Below are positions 1 through 16,790 of a stretch of 64,000 nucleotides of DNA, piece by piece. The first letter of the stretch is position 1, and each line of letters opens with the position of its first letter. Under the pieces are notes generated by a model. The model ran no database searches and was not told the origin of the DNA. It worked only from the letters and a program-made list of their open reading frames with translations. Source of the stretch: Lobosporangium transversale (lineage: Eukaryota); the NCBI RefSeq assembly GCF_002105155.1, contig NW_019028989.1, positions 558,001 to 622,000 on the forward strand, given 5' to 3'. The translations under genes and the position numbers were made by a program.

Positions 1-332
1 AGTGGTGTAAGAGTTGAAGCGATACCGGATGGGACTGTAGTGGTAAGAAAGAGTGGTGAGATGTTTGCGGCGATGCGTCTCAGAAACCATTGTTTCCAAC
101 GGTCTAGCACAACAAGCTGCTGAGAGAGTGAGGATGAGAGCTGCGTACTTTGTTGCTCTTGCTGCTGTTGCTGGTAGAATTGGTCTTTTGTGGAAAGCAA
201 TAGTGACAAGTCCGCTGTATTATCATTGGGTGTCCATGTGGCGACGACATCGATATCGTAAAGCTGCCTTTGTTTCTCCATTTTGTAATAGAATGAGTTG
301 ATGACAATCCAAGAACAGCTTTTCAAGGTGAG
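1..332 (-). CDS. Partial exon of an unidentified gene running off the left edge
   Basis: After a TAG acceptor at 333-335 the minus frame stays open to base 1 (LTLKSCSWIVINSFYYKMEKQRQLYDIDVVATW...FYQQQQQEQQ...DRWKQWFLRRIAAN...). An in-frame ATG sits at 281. Family not recognised. Confidence 0.45.
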
Positions 333-1241
333 CTATTATGGCTAGTTTTATTGCTCACTCGTCTAAGGAGAATGAGACCCTCCTATGGATGACAACTTTA
401 GGATGAATTTGTTCTCGAGCATTGACGGCATTAATTGTGACGTGTTTTTTCACTCTAGTAATCGAGATCGCACCTCTTGTTGTGCAACATAGCGTTAGGA
501 AATGCGTGTGCCACGCAGTTGGCTAGTTGGTGATTGCCACACGGCCATTCTCCCTATGAGCTCGCCCTTGCTGGTTGCAGAAGCGGATTTATAACCCAGT
601 CCTCGTCAAGGTTGTGGATACAAAGTGACTCTCTCAACTTCTTCAATACTGTCTATTGACTCCATCAAGGACATACGAGTAACAGCAATACAGTTTGCCA
701 GCATGCACTTTTAAAGATACCCTTGAACTTGTAAGTTGTAACTTGCTGCCAGAATTGTCACGTCTTCAAGCAACATCCCCAGCAAATCGAGCTCGAATTT
801 GAGGCCATTTGGCTTCTAAGATAAGCTCACTCTTACTTTGTCAAGCCACTTGTCGCTACGTGTGTGAAATGATACTTCTCCAATCGATACAATACCAATA
901 AAAGCTAATACAGCAAAGCTTTCCCGCCCGTGGCTGAGTGCTGTGAAGACATGCCCGTTGGAGCAATTGGAGGCAAAAAAAAAAATTTAGTCCGATGTCT
1001 GAATCAAAATACGCCTGCGCCAGGCTAAAAGATAAAAAAGATCGATCAATCAGTCAATTGTGTCCATTTTACACACCTTTGCTTTCTTGTCATCGCATCC
1101 CTCTTTCCTTCTTTCCCTCTCTCTTCCTATTTCCTTTATAGATCGCAAAGGTGTCGAGGCTTGTTCTCTCTTTCGCGTATAATAATCTTTTCCTACTCCT
1201 TTGACGAATCACTTCAAAACGGAATTGACACTTTGTTATTA

Positions 1242-4200
1242 ATGCAGTCTACTGTCTCAACAGGATCTCATGATCCCTCTGAAAACCCTTGGTCAGAGTA
1301 CATCAAGGAAACCCTGCTACCTTCCATTACCACAGCCTCGGTGAATGAGCGTACTCAACTGCTTCACCTGTTGCTCGTTCGCATCAAACGCAAAGGTAAT
1401 GACCCTTGCCTATCTCATTTGAAGGATCAATATGCTGCTTTTGTTGTGAAAGACGCAATAGCCGATGAATCTTGAGCTCAATGATAAAAGGAAGCTTACT
1501 CAACAGCCCTTGCCTTCTTGCCAAACTCTTGATTTAATGTTAGATTTACCAATCGAGCTGTTACCTGCACTGGTCCACATCCTCTTCATTTCATACCCAC
1601 GCTATCATGATAGACATTCGCGACTGACTGTCCTCGACATCCTGATTGAACTTAACAACTGGAATTCGGATGAATTCCTGAAGGTCATTGTCCCTGCAGT
1701 GCAAAGGGAGGCTGAGAGACTCTCGGCCAAGAGCATGGACGGGTAAGGATCAATAGTAATAAGTTACCAGCATGAATCAAGAGGAGTCGCGCTTATAAAA
1801 ATTCGTCACCAAATATGACTGACATCTTTGGCTGTTTGTAGTGTCTACATCACTGCAGCCGTTCACCGATTTGTGATCTTAAATTGGATCAATGTGCTGC
1901 TTAATTGCGTATTGGCGACGACGTCGGCAGGATCGTCGTCCTATTTCAAGCCATTGATTAGCTCGCAGGCTGTGCTTATTGACGGGCTTGTAGATTCTGA
2001 CAAGAAAAGCGTCGCTAACGGAGCGATCGCAGATGTCCGCCGCTGTATTCGCAAGGTTAGCTGCGAGGCTCTGCTACTTTCTTGAATTTGAATACGGATT
2101 AATGCACTTGCAATACTCACCGATATTAGACGTTGAACTTTGATCTGTTAATAGAATGCTGCATCGATTCCCTTGTTTTTGGAGTATTTGACTTCAACAA
2201 CAACCACACCAGCATATCTCAACTCTGTATTACTAGGCACAGTGATCGATGTTGCTTTGCGCTTGAAACATAAAGCTGACGCTGCAAAAGAACAAGTTTC
2301 TTCTAGGAAAGATGCCATCATCAAATTCTATTTAACTAACCTCATCTCGTCGAAGCAGGCTGTCCCTGTACGATGTGCTGTAAGTGGAGGTTTTGAATTA
2401 AGCTTAAATTAAACTTGTTGACTCCTCTCGATTTAGAGTAATTTTTTAAAAAAAATTGACTGATATCACCTTTAGGTGGCATTCAATGACTTTATTCATC
2501 ACTACGTGACATTGGAACTCTTCAGAGCCGATTTGCTTCCAACTATTGAACGTCTGGTTCTCCGTGCGCCAGAGATCGTATTTGCATGTAATACTTCGCA
2601 TCCGACTATGTTCTTGATCAAGTTGCCATATGATAATTATCAGCTCACAGGATTTTAAACATTCGGTGCTTATTAGTGCTTATTCATCTTGTCAAGTCCG
2701 TTTCTTTTGATCCCTCGCCTATTTTCGGTTCTTCGCTTCAGGACCCTCTTCTGAATGGATTGCGTTCAACTTCAGAACCAACAAGGATATCTGCCATTGC
2801 TTTGTTTAAACAATTTGCTGTCCTCAGCAAGGAGGAGGAATATGTCTTGAAAGTTGTATCAGAGATGACTAAACAACTTACCACAGGGAAGATCTCCTCA
2901 CCAGACCATCGTGGCATTTTCTATGATTGCGTTGGAAAGACAGCTTCAGTGAAGTCGGAATTAGTCTCGGTAAAAGCTTTACAGGGATTGACCACCATGA
3001 TCAGCAAGGAATCGAATGAGACAGCTGTTACATTTGGGATTGATGCCGCCATCCTGCACTTGCAAGTTTTATTAACTACCGGAAAAGAAACACCTGAATT
3101 GACAGCGGTCATTAAGGCTGGAGTAACTGCCTTAGGTAGTCCTCGTGCTTCTCTGCGAAAGACATGGGCCCGTGGCATGGGTTCATTGATCTGGAATGGT
3201 GAGTTTCTGTTTGTAGGATGACGCAGTATAGCCAAGGCTTGAATCTACTGAATCATAAGAATTTAAACTTATTTCCTTTGCCCTGCTTATTTGCTCATAG
3301 CCGACTATCACAAAGATTCGACCAAGAGTGTTTCACTGTTTTTAGCACCATTGACTGCTACCTACAATAACATTCAGAAGGCACCGTTGACTTATAAGGA
3401 TGGACCATTAGAAGGATATGTCGCCGTAAGTGTAGCATATCGGATTGCACAGTACGGCGATGCCACTGCGCGTCAACTCATTAAATCGGCCTTGACTATA
3501 TCACCAAAACCCTCCATCATCCTGTATGATAAGGTATACACCAAATTGACTACAGCAGAAGAAAGCATTTGGTTCGTGCATGCCCTTGAAGCTTTAGTAG
3601 CTGAGGAGGTCATTGATCACGAGGCAAAAATGGCGATTGGCACAGGATTTATCTATGTTGCTGCTGCATCACCTTTTGCGGATGCACGTAAGGAGGCATT
3701 CCACGCTCTTCAGCGTTCAGCAAAAAGTGACCTCAAGAAGATTGGCACAATCATTAAGGAAGCGCTCATTCGATGGGTCTCGACTCTTGAAAATCCTGTC
3801 AAGGACTCTACAGTAGCCCTTGCTGCGACCACTATTCCAACTGATCGCCATATCTCGACATACCGTCTCTCGGAGATTTTATCTGCCATCACTACATTTA
3901 ACGAAGACGCAGATCAGACGGCTATGGCCGAAGTTGCAACAGAATTAATTGTGCTCTCTCATCATGAGGCTATTGCCTCACCCACCAAGAAGTACGACTG
4001 GATGAGTGTGGTGCAACGCGCACGGTTGGATCCAGGTCGTCTAGTCGCAGATTATCAGGACCGCATTGAGCAACTCATTATGGAAGCAGCTTCGCTTGAA
4101 TCAACTTCCCCTCAAATGTACAAAGCAGCCATGTCCACTATCTCAAGCCTTGTTTTCATTGCTCCTTCGATCATGATTCCAATTTTTATGGGTCATATTG

Positions 4201-7200
4201 AAGAGGATCTCGATGCAAAGTTATTGGACAATATTGGTGAGCAGGAAATTGCTATATGGAAACACCCTGAAGGCGAATTGTATATTGATGTGTTGAAGGG
4301 CGCGAAGAAGCAGGGAGGGACTGAACGTGGCCGTATCGCTTTTGATGAACAAAAGTTTAATCGTGAGGTGAAAAAGGCGCTATCTTCCACGGCTCAAAAG
4401 AAGGCTTTGACCAACAGCTCAGCGCCTGCTCCTCCCAAATTGACCAAGGACGAGCAGGCTTCTGTCGATGCGCAGCTTGCAAAGGAATCTAAGATCCGCA
4501 AGTCGGTTCAGAACACCCATAGTCATCTGATTCGTGGCCTGGCCACAATTAGTGCATTAGTTGATGGAAATCCAGAGGAGCTTACTGCCAAGCTGGTTGA
4601 ACTTGTGCGAGTTTTGTTGAACGGTGTTGTCAAGCGTAGTGGTCCATTAGTTGGCACTACTGCCGTCGATACATATCTCTTACTGGGTCGCTGTGTCTCT
4701 GATCGCCTCGACACTATTCGAGTCCCATTGGCCCTCGCTACCCTTCGGAGCTTGGGTGTCAAGGAGATTCCTGAAAATTATTTGGAAGAGCCTCTAGAAG
4801 AATTAGTTTCACGCGTCCTTTACCGTCTCCGTTATGTCACTGGGAAGCAGCCGTTGCTGCCACCAAGCTTCGCTTACTGCTTCCCATTGATTCACAATAT
4901 TCTTCAGAATGGTGGCATTGTCAATCCAAATAAATCTGCCACCGATGCTAAGGAAACATCTCAGGAGCAAGTTCAGATTGCCGTCGATATTGTCTCATTC
5001 CATGCCTTATCTGGAGCTTCGGATTCGCTTCCTCGTAAGGAAATGATTGCTTCATTGATTTCCATTATCAAAGAGTATCCTCAGCTAGCCAAGACTGCCA
5101 AGGACTCGTTGAGCGATTTAACACACTCCATGGGTAACAACGCTACTCTGGACGAAATCAACACACTTCTGGAAGGTCTGCTATACAACGAGGTTTCGGT
5201 TCGTCAAGCAGTCCTTGCCGCCCTCGAGCCCTTAGAATTGACTATTATTGACTTTTCACGTGAGTTATGGACTGCCTGTTATGACGAGGATGCTATGAAT
5301 GCTAAGCTTGCCTTTGAGCTTTGGGAAGATAATGGAATGGAGGTAGAGCCTACATATGCTGAAGCTTTGCTGCCTTATGTTGTCCACCAGAATGGTTTTG
5401 TTCGACAGGCGGCTGCTAAGGCTATTGCCGGCGCAATCAAGCTCTATCCCGATACTGTTTCTGCAACATTGAATGCCATCTATCTTCTTTACCATGAGAA
5501 GGCGCAGCCTATTGTCCCCCAGTACAACGAGTTTGGTCTTGTCATCCAGGAGTCCTTGAATAGACAAGATCCCTCTGACCAGCGTCTTGGACTGTCTATG
5601 GCACTTAAAAACATTGCACCTTTGATGACTGCGGCAGACCTCCAGCCTTTTGCGGAATTCTTGATCCGCCAGGATGCATTAGGTGATCGCAATGCAGATG
5701 TTCGTCAAGGTATGCTGGATGCTGGTTTGGCTATGATCACTGCACACGGCGCGGAAAATGTCCACACTCTTATCCCTGTATTTGAGAACTATCTTTCTGA
5801 ACCTGCGCGTAACTCGGAGGCCCATGATCGTATTCGTGAATCCGCAGTCATTCTTTTTGGTGCCCTTGCTCGTCACTTGGATCCCTCCTCGCCAAAGATC
5901 CCTTCAGCTGTCCAAAAATTAATCGAGACCCTCGACACTCCTTCAGAGGCTGTCCAAGTCGCTGTGGCCAATTGTTTGCCTGGTTTAGTCAAGTGTATTC
6001 CTGACCAGGTCCCTGATCTGCTTAACTCGCTTATGGATAAGACATTTCATTCCAAGAAATATTCACAGCGTCGTGGTGCCGCCTACGGTCTTGCTGGTGT
6101 CATCAAAGGCTGTGGTATCTCTGCTCTCAAAGAGTTTTCTATTATGGCTTCGCTCAAGGCTGCTGTTGATGACAAGAAGGATCCTCATGCCCGTGAAGGT
6201 GCTATGATTGCCTTTGAGACCCTGTCGCAAACCCTTGGTCGTCTCTTTGAACCATATGTCATTCAGATCTTACCCTTATTGTTAGTTTGCTTCGGTGATT
6301 CTGTGATGGATGTCCGTCAAGCTACTTCTGATACTGCTCGCGCAATCATGGGCAAGCTCTCTGGACACTGTGTCAAGCTTATTATGCCTCACCTCCTCGC
6401 TGGTCTTGACGATCGCCAATGGCGTACTAAAAAGGGATCAGTCGAACTACTAGGATCTATGGCCTACTGCGCCCCTAAACAATTGTCAATCTCCCTTCCC
6501 ACCATTATTCCTCGACTTTCCGATGTTCTGACAGACTCCCATACTGCAGTCCAAGAAGCAGCTCGTCTTGCCTTGACTCAATTTGGTGAGGTCATCTCTA
6601 ATCCTGAAATCCAGGATCTTGTCCCTATTATGATGGCTGCGCTTTGCGACCCCAACACGAAAACCCATCCTGCTTTAACTGCTCTTCTCGGGACCTCGTT
6701 CGTGCATTATATCGACTCACCTTCTCTTGCTCTCGTGATGCCCATCCTGGAGCGCGGTCTCCGTGAGCGTGCCACCGATATTAAGAAAAAAGCCTCACAG
6801 ATCGTTGGAAACATGGCCTCATTGACTGATCAGAAGGACCTGATCCCATATCTCCCTCGCCTTCTGCCAGGCGTCAAGGAAGTTCTGATTGATCCTGTGC
6901 CAGAGGCACGTGCCACAGCCGCCAAGGCCCTAGGTACATTGGTTGAAAAGCTCGGCGAATCTAACTTCCCCGATCTTGTTCATGAGCTTCTTGATACTCT
7001 CAAATCTGATACATCTGGGGTTGATCGCCAAGGAGCTGCCCAAGGTCTTTCTGAGGTTTTGGCTGGACTTGGTTTGGAGCGCTTAGAAGGTCTTCTTCCT
7101 GAGATCATAATCAACACGGATTCTCCGAAATCATATGTCCGCGAAGGTTTCATCTCATTGCTTGTGTATCTTCCTGCAACTTTTGGTCAGCGCTTCCAAC

Positions 7201-10200
7201 CTTATCTTGGCCGCATTATCCCGCCTATTCTAATGGGTCTTGCGGACGAGTCCGAATATGTCAGAGAGGCTTCCTTGAAGGCAGGTCAGATGATCATCAA
7301 TAACTATGCCACCAAGGCTGTCGATCTACTCTTGCCTGAATTGGAACGTGGTCTCTTTGATGATAACTGGCGTATTCGCCAATCATCCGTGCAACTTATG
7401 GGTGATCTTCTGTTCCGCATCACTGGCACCAGTAAACAGACTGGTGTTGATGATGAAAACGAGGAAGATGCACCTGAAGAATTTGGTCGCTCTGATAACA
7501 TTCGTAAGAAGCTCATTGAGGTCCTTGGCCGTGACCGTAGAGATCGTGTCTTGTCGTCATTGTACATTGTTCGTGCAGATAACTCGGCTATTGTCCGTCA
7601 AGCTTCGCTTACCGTCTGGAAGTCTTTGGTCACCAATACTCCACGTACCTTGAGAGAGATCTTGCCAACGATCATGTCGATGATTATTCGTAACCTGGCC
7701 TCGAGCTCGTACGACCGTCGTATGGTTGCAGCCCGCACTCTTGGAGATTTAGTTCGCAAGCTTGGCGAAGCTGTGTTGTCCGAGATCATCCCTATCCTTG
7801 AAGCTGGACTCGAGAGTCCCGAGAGCGATACACGTCAGGGTGTTTGCATTGGTCTGTCGGAGATCATGGCGACTGCTGGAAAAGTTCATGTTCAAGACTA
7901 TGTCGACTCGATCATCCCTGCTGTGCGCAAGGCACTTTTGGACGAGTCGCCCGACGTACGCGAGGCTGCTGCACAGGCATTTGATACTCTGCATCAGTGC
8001 GTTGGCCCTAAGGCTATCGACGAAATTCTTCCTTCACTTTTGGCCAACCTTCACACTGGCGATAAATCCGAATATGCTTTGGAGGGTCTCAAGGAGATTA
8101 TGGCCGTCCGCTCTAACGTTGTGTTCCCAGTCCTGATCCCCAACTTGATTGCTCAGCCCATTACAGCTTTCAATGCCCGTGCTCTTGGGTCTCTTGTCTC
8201 AGTTGCTGGAACGGCTTTGAACCGTCGCTTGACCAACATTTTGGCTGCACTGATTCAGTCACAAGTCAGCGAGACGGATGAAGATACTCTTCAAGCTCTA
8301 GAGTCCACCACATGCGCACTTCTACAGTCTATTGATAATGCAGATGGAACTAATACACTTATGATGATGTTGTTTGAGCTTGTCAAGTCTGAGGATTCTT
8401 CGAAGCGCTCCTCTGGATGCAACATCCTCGCCACGTTCTGCACCGAGTCGACTCAAGATATCTCGCGCTATGTTTCTGACTGGATCCGCGTCTTGATTAG
8501 CTTGCTTGATGATCGTACGCATTATGTCGTCGTCAGCGCCTTGGCTGCATTGAATGCCGTTACTCGCACTGTCCGTAAGGAGGAGCTTGAAGGATTAGTG
8601 CAGTGTGTTCGTCGGGCTGTTCGTGCTGTCGGCACTCCTGGTATGGATTTGCCAGGTTTCTGTTTGCCTAAGGGTATTGCTCCATTGCTTCCCATCTTCT
8701 TACAAGGTCTTATGAATGGGTCTAATGCTATCCGCGAAGCCTCTGCATTGGGTGTTGGCGATTTGATTCAACGTACCTCGCCAGATGCGCTCAAGCCCTT
8801 TGTTACCCAAATTACGGGCCCCTTAATTCGTATTGTTGGCGATCGTCACCCAGGAGAGGTCAAGAGCGCTATTTTGAGCACTCTGAGGTATGTTTACTGC
8901 TTTTATTTGGCTGTTTGGACTTAGAATCTTTATATCTATTTTCACATACAGCAGTTTTAACATTCAATTTTCATTCCAAATAAATTACTACTATGTCTAT
9001 TTAGTTTGCTTCTTCAGAAGGTTCCGGCCCACCTCAAGCCCTTCTTGCCTCAGTTGCAGCGTACGTTCATCAAGTCTTTGACGGATCCCACGTCCGCCAC
9101 TGTTCGCGTCCGTGCAGCCACTGCGCTGTCGATCTTAATTTCTCTTCAAACAAGAGTTGATCCTCTGGTCACCGAGTTGATTGCTGGTATTAAGGCTAGC
9201 GAATCTGGTGTCAAGGAAACCGTCATGAGTGCATTGGAGACCGCAGTCAGTAAGATTGGCGCCGGCATGAGCGACGCCGCTAAACGATCTGTCATCAGTG
9301 TCGTCATGGAAGGCATGGAAACTGGCAACTCTGGTATGCGAACGCAGAAGTTCAAAAAAAAAAAAAAAAAAAAAAAAACTGCTATCTCAAACAAAATACT
9401 GAAAATAACAAAAAGGTCATTGAAACTAATATATATTATTTCTCATTATTTTAGAATCAATGTGGTTGGCTTCCGCCAAGTTGTTGGGCGCTTTTTGTAA
9501 GCATCAGAGTACTGATGAGGCGGCTTATTTGGTCCAGACACAGATTTTAGGCGAAAACATTCCTTTGAGTGCATCGATGCTGGCTATTAACTCTGTTCTT
9601 GTAGAATCGCCTCAGCTGTTCATTGAGACGGGTCATGTCCAGGAAGTTGCCAATGCGGCATTGGCAGCAATCCCCAATCCTGTGGAGGGCAGTTCAACAG
9701 CTGCCGTATTAGCTATCGGCAAGATGCTCATCAATGAGGCATACCAAGTCGATCAAGAGTTGATAGGCGAATTGCTCAAGAAGTTGACATTGCACCTGTC
9801 CCTAGAAATCAATATCGAGTCGAAGCGATTGATCCTAGTCTCTGTTCGCGCTGTAGCGAGACAATCTCCATGGTTGGTTGAGCCACACCTGAAAGAGATT
9901 GTACCTCTGATGATGACATCTGTCAGAGAGCGTGTGATCCCTATTAAGTTGGCAGCCGAGCGCGCATTGTTGTTTGCATTACAGCTTCAGAAGGATGACT
10001 CGATTTATCAAAAATATTTAGGCACGATCGATACAGCCGCTAGCAAGGCCCTCACAGACTACCACCGTCGCATCCTATCGAAATTGGCAGTTAATGAGAG
10101 AGCTAGATTGGAGCAACTTCATGGCCAGGAAGATGCGGAGGCTGCAGAAGAAGATGCGGAAGTATATTCTGTGGGAGGGCTGAATTTAGGCACCAATGAT

Positions 10201-10209
10201 GATGAGTAG
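1242..10209 (+). CDS. GCN1: GCN1, HEAT-repeat activator of the eIF2-alpha kinase GCN2 (multi-exon)
   Basis: Exons approx. 1242-1395, 1544-1742, 1842-2055, 2155-2379, 2476-2587, 2677-3198, 3301-8887, 9005-9333, 9455-10209, joined by GT-AG introns. Diagnostic GCN1 sequence: RRGAAYGLAGVIKG, LGRLFEPYVIQILP, WRTKKGSVELLGSMAYCAPKQLS, DRQGAAQGLSEVL, LKPFVTQITGPLIRIVGDR. Confidence 0.97.
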
Positions 10210-11534
10210 AAAGGAAGAGAGGAAAGAAATTTTCCTGCTTTTTTTTTTGTAGATGATTTTATAAACATGGTATAATAAAAAAAGTGTTTTTTGAGTGGCA
10301 CTTCACGTCTTTTTCATAGTTGTTCTATCTGCCAATCTATTCTACCTAAGAGACGCAGCATTACTGGCCATATGGGTTGGTTTGATTGATGGCATTTGAA
10401 TACTTTCTGTTAGGGTTATTGATTATATTACTGGTAGAGCTCTGAGAACCGAGATCAAGGTTTTTCGCGAATGGCGCATAGCGATGCAAGCAACCGAATG
10501 ATAAGGTCTCAACTTCAAGCAAAAGATTCGATAGTAATAGGATATTTAACAACTGATGAATAATTTTGTATTCAGGATTGCAGCGACAAGTGAGGGTCAG
10601 CTTGAGACGTCGCGTAGAATAGTTTCCTGTAGCACAAGCTCTACTAGAAACACGTGGCACAATTGGTTAGAGAGTCATAGAAGGTTTGCCGCCAACGATC
10701 TTTTTTAAATCATCTACAAGTGACCACGCGAGGGAGGCTTTCGCCCCTTTCTTTTGACCTTGTTCTTATCCTCACTAGCCCTCTTGAGGCCCCAAATTCC
10801 ACACCTGTAAACATGTATGGATGTGGATGAAGATTCGATAACCACTTATTTCTTCAGTACATTCCATATTCTGTCTTTCGGTCGATTCAAAATCTAGTTT
10901 ACATCCCTCATTTTGTCTGTATTTCCCTCTTTCTTCTATTAGTCTTCCTTTATATCTTCTCTGTATATGCTTTTGTTTGAATAAGCGGACCATATCTTCT
11001 AGCAGTCATGATTCTTTTTGGAATGATTAAAACGAAATATCTGCTATGCAGATCAAAATGCCTTGTATTTAGTCTGTGCTACAATTTTTTGCAATGAGCT
11101 CTAAAAATGATGTCAATACAGCGATCTTCAACGGCTTTTTATTTTTTAGTGTGTTTACTTTTGATGCAGTCCAGGTCTGATTGGTCCTGGCCACTTGTTT
11201 CTATCGCGACTGCATCTTTTGCCTTTGAGCTCATTTGGCCTGAGCAACCATAGTCTTCACAATGATAAAAAGACATCTTTTAACAATTAGCCCTCCCATT
11301 TTAATCTGTTAGCGGTTTATAATGATCTCAAAACCATTTCATTTTCCGTTCGCTTACTTAATCTCCCTATCTTTTGCTCTATCCTCTAACTCATTCCTAC
11401 ACTCGCTCTTTCTTCTTTCATTCCTTACTATTTAACTCAGGCCTTCAGATACATTTCATCAATTAACAAGACATAATAGATAAATAATATTTACCTTTTT
11501 TTTATTGCCTACGTGTCAATAAAAGATAAAGGAA

Positions 11535-13484
<1,950 letters not shown>

Positions 13485-13762
13485 AGAAGCTGCGAAACCC
13501 CCCCCCCCCGCAGGATAATAAATCTCTTGATCTCCATCTGATATGAAAAGCGATTAATCAAAATGCTCACGATGTATTCAAGAACAAGTATAGTCCTTTT
13601 ATTCTTCAAACAAGGCATGTTCTTTTGTCAACAAAGACTTTAAATGTAGTATAGTGTCTGTGATAATGGCACATACAAAAAATGTGTTCTATGCAATTAC
13701 TCTCCCTTCTGTTGTTGTCACATAAATATTCATATGGTTGATTAAGTGTAGAGCACCTTATT

Positions 13763-15593
13763 TTACATGCCTCGCTCGGCGGCTGCGGCATTTGCAACAG
13801 CTGGATCAATTTCGGGTGGAGGCGCCGGTACCAGCGATGTAATAAAAGTCAGCAACCCATGCTCTATGCTTCGCCAAGTAGACACAGGCGGTTGTTGTGC
13901 TCGGCGTTGTTGATCTACTTCTACTGTCTGAACTTGCGCCTCTAATACTTCATTCGAGACAGTGGTCGCCGATGATGGTGAAGATATGGCTTGGGTATCA
14001 TTACCACCAACATTGCTGTGGGGTTCATTTCCTGACGTAGAATTGGGAGCTTGCTGTAAATTATTCAAGACATTGTTGTTATCAAGTGAAGTTGTTGATG
14101 TTGTAGAGGTATTCTGGTGAGCCTGAGTAGCTGTGGTTGTGGGTATGGGTGCTGCCCCGGGCTGCGCTGCAGGAGGTTGTTGTACATCTGCTGGTGGATG
14201 AACGATCCTCCGAACAATCCTGAGTCGTCCTGTCTGATGTCTAATAATCACAAACGACACATTAATGAGAATGAATATTTTTAGCATTGAAAAAATATAA
14301 AATAAAATAAAATTAAATAAAAAATAAAAGGAATAGCATCACTATCAATACATACAGAAAGATGATAAGGGCAGCGATATGCAATAGAACAATACGCTCG
14401 ATACTCCCGTTTTGACTGAAGATATACACGCCAAACGCAAGCTTCATTAAAAGCCATAACGATGCAGCTCTTCGTTGATGATCCCTCGCAACGTTAACTT
14501 GTCTATTTACATTGGGTTCTACTTGTCCTGCTACCGCCTGTTGATCCTGAGCAGACTGAGTATGGGACGATTCCTCGCTATTAAACATGAAGGAGCTGCC
14601 ATAGTATGCTTGAGCTTGCTGTATGCAGTGTTGGTGATGGAGAATCGGCAAGTACGCAGCAGGAACTAGGTATGGCATACCACTGGTTGTCAATGAGAGC
14701 ATCCAGAGAGAGTGCAGATAATGTTGATTTGTTAATTTAATGTTGTAGTCAAGAAAGGCTGGCTATTGCTAATGAAATGAGTTTGTAATACGTGCTCAAA
14801 TTCTATTTGTCCTCCTTGCAGTGCCCTTTATGCAATAGCAGCATAGCTAGTGCGAAGAGAGGCCTGAATTGATTTAACAGCGAAGATACTTACTTGATAA
14901 TGACATGCTGCATAGATTGTTGTGCAGGAGACGGAACAAATCCAGCAAAACCAGAAAACCCATAAGCAGGTGGGAGCAACGGGTCAATGAATACGCTGAA
15001 GGTCGGCACAGAAGTGACAGTGCTGTGAGTCACCATACCACCTTCGGCTTGGCTCCATGGCATTGTTGTTGACACTTCTGCTGTTGAAGTAAATGGAGTT
15101 AATGAGGGGGTGGCATTGATTACTGATGAATTGCTAGAATTGTGTGATGCTAATGGCGTTGCAGCGGTCGACATAGTGTTCTCTCTGAACCGAAGAGATG
15201 AACCTGGTGAACTAATGTGTTGTCGCTGTGATACCACCAAATGGATAGTGGGTGAAATATCAGAACAGTCGACCTTTGTTGTTTTTAATATCAAGACAAA
15301 AGAAGAGATAATTATGGGTCAACAAGAAAGGCCTGATTTACCTAATCATCAATGATAAGCTTCGCTAAATACTACAATATTATTACCTTTTCAAATACTC
15401 GATCAAGTGAATCTTTGTCGTTAAGAATACGCCCGCCATAGATAAGTCGTTGATCAGTGATAACAGGTTTCGAATCCAATCGAGTAGCAATGATTTCTTT
15501 GAGCTCCAGTATAGTGCACTGTCGAGTAACTGATAGTGTAAACTTGTGAGGAGTGTGCGCAGGTGAGCTGATAATCACTGACAGCGTATCCAT
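13763..15593 (-). CDS. Herp/HERPUD-like ER membrane protein with N-terminal ubiquitin-like domain (ERAD scaffold)
   Basis: Four exons (approx. 15387-15593, 14894-15273, 14356-14683, 13763-14240). UBL domain (TILELKEII...DQRLIYGGRILND...TIHLVV), hydrophobic segment LWLLMKLAFGVYIFS...IFLHQTG, and C-terminal TFITSLVP typical of Herp proteins. Confidence 0.8.
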
Positions 15594-15858
15594 GGCTAGA
15601 GACTATCTTTTTTTCTATTCTTTATATTTAACCTCAGTATGGTTGCTTTGGGGTTAAGCAAAGAAAAGCAATTTGAAGAGAGAATTTTGCAAGGGAGTCA
15701 AATTCAAGAGAATGGAGGAAAAAGTGTGTTCATGTTTGGGAAGAATGAGAGATGAAATTTTAGTTGGTCACAGGACCAATTTCATTTCATTTGGACTTTT
15801 GCGCCATGGGAGGCTGAAGTGGCCTGAAAAAGAATAATTTATTGGATTGTCTCCTATC

Positions 15859-16415
15859 TTATTGAACACTCTCTCCTTCCTTATTCTGCTCTGCTCGTAG
15901 ACGCTCCAGGCGTTGAGCATTTCTTTTCAATAGAATCCTGCGAACGTTCGCTTTTTCAATTTCAGCCATTTCATGCCAGTTATCTATCCTAGACATAGTT
16001 CCGTCTTCATTAACGACTATTAAGAAACATAGCAATAGGAGTAAATAGCTATGAGTTTATATAATTAAGTAACACTCGATAAATATTTTTCTTTTGAAGA
16101 CTAAATTGACTTACCAACAGGCCCTAGAATATCCAGCTTGAGGTCTTGGCCATTGACCTCCAACTGGTTAGCGCCATTGTCAGCCTTTCCTGGCGCAGGT
16201 AGAGCTAGTACAGTCTTGTTGCCATCCTGATTTTCATTATTACTGTTGTTTTGCGAATGAGATTCCTTAACAGATTGCTCATGTATATGCTGTGTTGATG
16301 AAGGCGAAGTTGACGACGACATTCTGTAGAATGTGATGTGTTTCGGGGCAGTAGCAGTGACAGTAGAGGATGGGAAAATGGTTCTTGAGAAGAGTGTAAT
16401 GCTACGAAGAAGCAT
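15859..16415 (-). CDS. Conserved hypothetical protein with possible mitochondrial presequence
   Basis: Exons 16115-16415 and 15859-16016 splice in phase to give LKLDILGPVVVNEDGTMSRIDNWHEMAEIEKANVRRILLKRNAQRLERL, a motif I recall from small uncharacterised fungal proteins. The N-terminus is R/S/T-rich and lacks acidic residues. Confidence 0.75.
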
Positions 16416-16790
16416 TTGTTTTGGGAAACAATAGAAGGAAAAGGAATGCAAAGTTGATCACAAAAAAAAAAAAAAAAAAAAAGCTGTCAAAATAACTGAG
16501 TATTTCAGTGTCTGTGCGGTGGACATTTCCACGCGATTCTGGAGATTTCTTTCACTGTCCTAACAGAGCATCATCTCACAACTTGGTAAGAGCTCACATA
16601 CACACTGCAACAAGGATTTTTTTTTTTTTAAATTTTATTATTGCTCATGTGCACAGACAAGATTATGGTACAGTATGCTGAGATCTAGCGGATACGCGCG
16701 AAAATAAAAAAATCTGGAAAAAGTGCGAAAGAAAAAAAAAAATACAAGTGGTGCAGGAAAACTAAAGTACAGATGGCTGGCTTTTTTTTT

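Noticed and set aside
2921..9394. Many antisense or alternate-frame ORFs over GCN1 (and similarly over other genes)
   Set aside because: Shadow ORFs of real coding sequence with no independent protein features.
10361..10993. Short ORFs between GCN1 and FAM72
   Set aside because: No recognisable domain or consistent splice model; at most a relic.
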